A DNA stretch of 62,546 nt, counting the filler, from Sphacelaria rigidula (taxonomy: Eukaryota): assembly GCA_964200075.2 (NCBI GenBank). It is 11 parts of 11 records of this genome, joined end to end, with 100 filler letters (N's around TTAATTAATTAA, not from the genome) between each part and the next. Parts side by side here need not be neighbours in the genome. Positions count along the whole stretch, not along the records: positions 56,953 to 62,546 come from CAXNAA020026008.1; 10 more parts are not named here. One strand, given 5' to 3'. The translations under genes were made by a program, and so were the position numbers. Of the stretch, positions 60,463 to 62,546 are shown in pieces (position 1 is the first letter of the stretch; each line of letters opens with the position of its first letter). The notes beneath the pieces are model-generated. The model was given only the letters and a program-made list of their open reading frames with translations, was not told the DNA's origin and did not search any database.

Positions 60463-62546
60463 GCGGGACAGGCTTTACATGAATACTACACGCATCTTTC
60501 CGCCGATGTTGAGAAGTCGCAAGCCCTGACGACTGTGTACTCCAACCTCGGGATATCACGGTCCACCATGCAAACACTCATCGACCGCTTCGAGAGTAGG
60601 AGGCAGCTTGGATCCAGTGATGAACGTACGGGCACAGAGAGCACTGTCTTCACCCCCGAGGTGCAGTTAAGGATGGCGAAGAAAATCGATCATATTAACT
60701 CCATCGGGCAGGCAGTGACAGTGCGTCTTCTGCAGCGCTGGCTCGCCAGTAGCCCCGATGCAAGCGACCCCCACGACGAAGACCGCGAACCGCTCAACGT
60801 TGCGGAGAGTACCGTGGCGCGCTGGCTGGGGCAAATGGGCTACCGCTCGCAGGAGGCGAAGGCAGGATATCGCGTGACGGAGGAACGAAAAGCGCGAATA
60901 AGGGAATTCCTCATCGATTTTTCGGAGGCGAAGAAAAAGGAAATGTCCGGAGAGTATGTGATTGCGTTTATGGACGAGTCATACCTCCATGTAGGCCACC
61001 GCATGAAGAAATCGATTTTCCCCGAAGGGGAAAATAGGTCGGTGAATACTGCCCGGGCTGGAAAGCGCATGATCCTTGTCCATGCCATCACCGAGGATGG
61101 ACCTCTTGTCGCCAAGGAACACTGCGACCCAGATACGGGTATCCCGAAACCCGAAGGGTGGTTTCATGCCCGCAGTTCGACAGCATGTCCGCGTCTCGGT
61201 GGCGGCGCTGGTGTTGTCGGTGGACGGGGGGCGCGAAGGAAACGGAACAGTACCGGGAGGAGCGATGGCGATGTCGGAGGCGGGGGCGGGGATGCCGACG
61301 GCAGGAAACGACGCGCCACCAGTGGGCAGGGAGAGGGGCATCCAACCACGGGTGGTAAGGCGGCCCCCAGACGGGAACTAAACATTCGCCATGTCGCCTG
61401 TGGTCGTGCGAACACGGAACATCAAGAAAATGAAAATGGTGGCGCCCAGGGAGGACGCGCCGGAGGCGACGGGATGGCGGCCGTCCGAAATGCACGGCAA
61501 CCTTCTAGCAATGGCAACGACCGTTCGGGACGCATCCTCAGGAGCAACACCTTGGCCACGGACGGCAACAGGGCGACCTCGGGCGGAGACGAGGGTGCTG
61601 GCCGTATCAGGAGCGGCGCCGCGGGTGTTGGTAATGGCCGCATTGCAAACATGAAGGAGAACGTAGCCGACGAGGATGGGGCCGGCGCAGGGGTCCAGCG
61701 GAGGGGGGGGGCAACGCCCGCGCGGTCTAGGGCTGCAGGTGACGGCGGTGTCAAGGGTAACGCGAGATGGAGGCGGCAGCACGCTAATACCAATTCTGGC
61801 TCGGGTAAAGGCAAAGGTGCGGCGAATCGTCGACGTGGACCGGCGGGCGATGCAAGCGGCCAGGTGCCTCCTCACATCGAGAATTCCTCTGCCGCAAGTG
61901 AGGCGATGCCTGCGGGGAGTAACAAACGCGACGACGGCGCGACCACTGCTTCCCGCGTATACATCGATAAGTTGTTCACTGCCGAGATGCTGTTCGAAGC
62001 GGGGGAGAAATCGGCGACGTCCGATTACCACAAAAACATGGACGCCGACATGTTTGAGCAGTGGTTGGAGAAGCGATTTCTTCCCACTTTCCAGAAAAAG
62101 CATCCGGAAAAGAGGGTCATCTTAGTACTCGACAACGCAGCATATCACCACGGCATGCCGGAAGGGTGGAAGAGCCCGTTGCAGGACACGAAAGAGGCCA
62201 ACGCCGATAGACTGCGGCTACTCGGCGTCGATGCCATCGACGCACAGACGGATCTGGGAATTCGGCACTTCAAGGTGCCGGCGGAAAACGCAAAATGGGC
62301 ACCTGCACCAAGTGGCCCGAGCAAGGAACAGGTGGCGCTGGCCACATACCAGTACATGAAGAGGCTGGTGCCGGAGCAGCTCATGACCCGGACAGAGCTT
62401 TTTTTCAAGGAGCACGACATCGGCTACTTGATATTCACACCTCCATACTGCCCGACGCTGCAGCCCATCGAGCTTTTCTGGGCACACGGAAAGAACTACG
62501 TAGCCCGCATATTCCAGGTGGGTCGAACGATGTTGCAAGCATGGGC
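60463..62546 (+). mobile_element. IS630/Tc1/mariner-superfamily transposase (DD82E/Sailor-like, here DD112E), second exon, 3'-truncated
   Basis: I translated a 694-codon frame with no stop to the window end: HTH (NLGISRST; VAESTVARWLGQMGY), FMDESY (D at 60973), GKRMILVHAIT, DYHKNMD..MFEQW, LVLDNAAYH (D at 62131), FTPPYCPTLQPIELFW (E at 62470). Acceptor CCGCAG at 60462. Confidence 0.92.

Noticed and set aside
61378..62103. 241-aa minus-strand ORF and neighbours
   Set aside because: Shadows of the plus-strand transposase frame.
57700..62546. Fanzor/TnpB nuclease accompanying the transposase
   Set aside because: No RuvC motifs or terminal zinc finger were recognised upstream. The region downstream of the transposase is outside the window, so this remains untested there.

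Overview
This window is not one locus. It is 11 unrelated contigs of almost equal, decreasing length (5596 to 5594 bp) joined by artificial 100-bp spacers (44 N + TTAATTAATTAA + 44 N), so gene order across spacers means nothing. Contig 1 (1-5596) is a GC-rich, intron-less gammaproteobacterial fragment: the 3' part of parC, a TetR regulator, a D-aminoacylase-like amidohydrolase, an SDR, and a truncated protein with a degenerate cyclase-like domain. Contigs 2-11 are eukaryotic, with short exons, long GT-AG introns, microsatellites and shared repeat families. They look like one stramenopile genome, most likely a brown alga (inference). Exons read by eye encode acetyl-CoA carboxylase, GFAT/GlmS, VPS13, an FG-GAP repeat protein, a coiled-coil plus WW protein and a probable plastid-targeted protein. 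Mobile DNA includes a decayed Ty3/gypsy integrase with a chromodomain-like segment, several TA-flanked MITEs, a tRNA-derived SINE (2 copies), poly-C-tailed retroposon ends and three minisatellites. The most unusual item is missing from the ORF track because it runs off the window: an intact, intron-containing IS630/Tc1/mariner-type transposase (59921 to >62546) with DD112E spacing and a ~280-aa low-complexity insertion inside the catalytic domain. A candidate zero-length-exon (recursive splice) site in the GFAT intron also deserves a check. No CRISPR array, rRNA or intact tRNA was seen.
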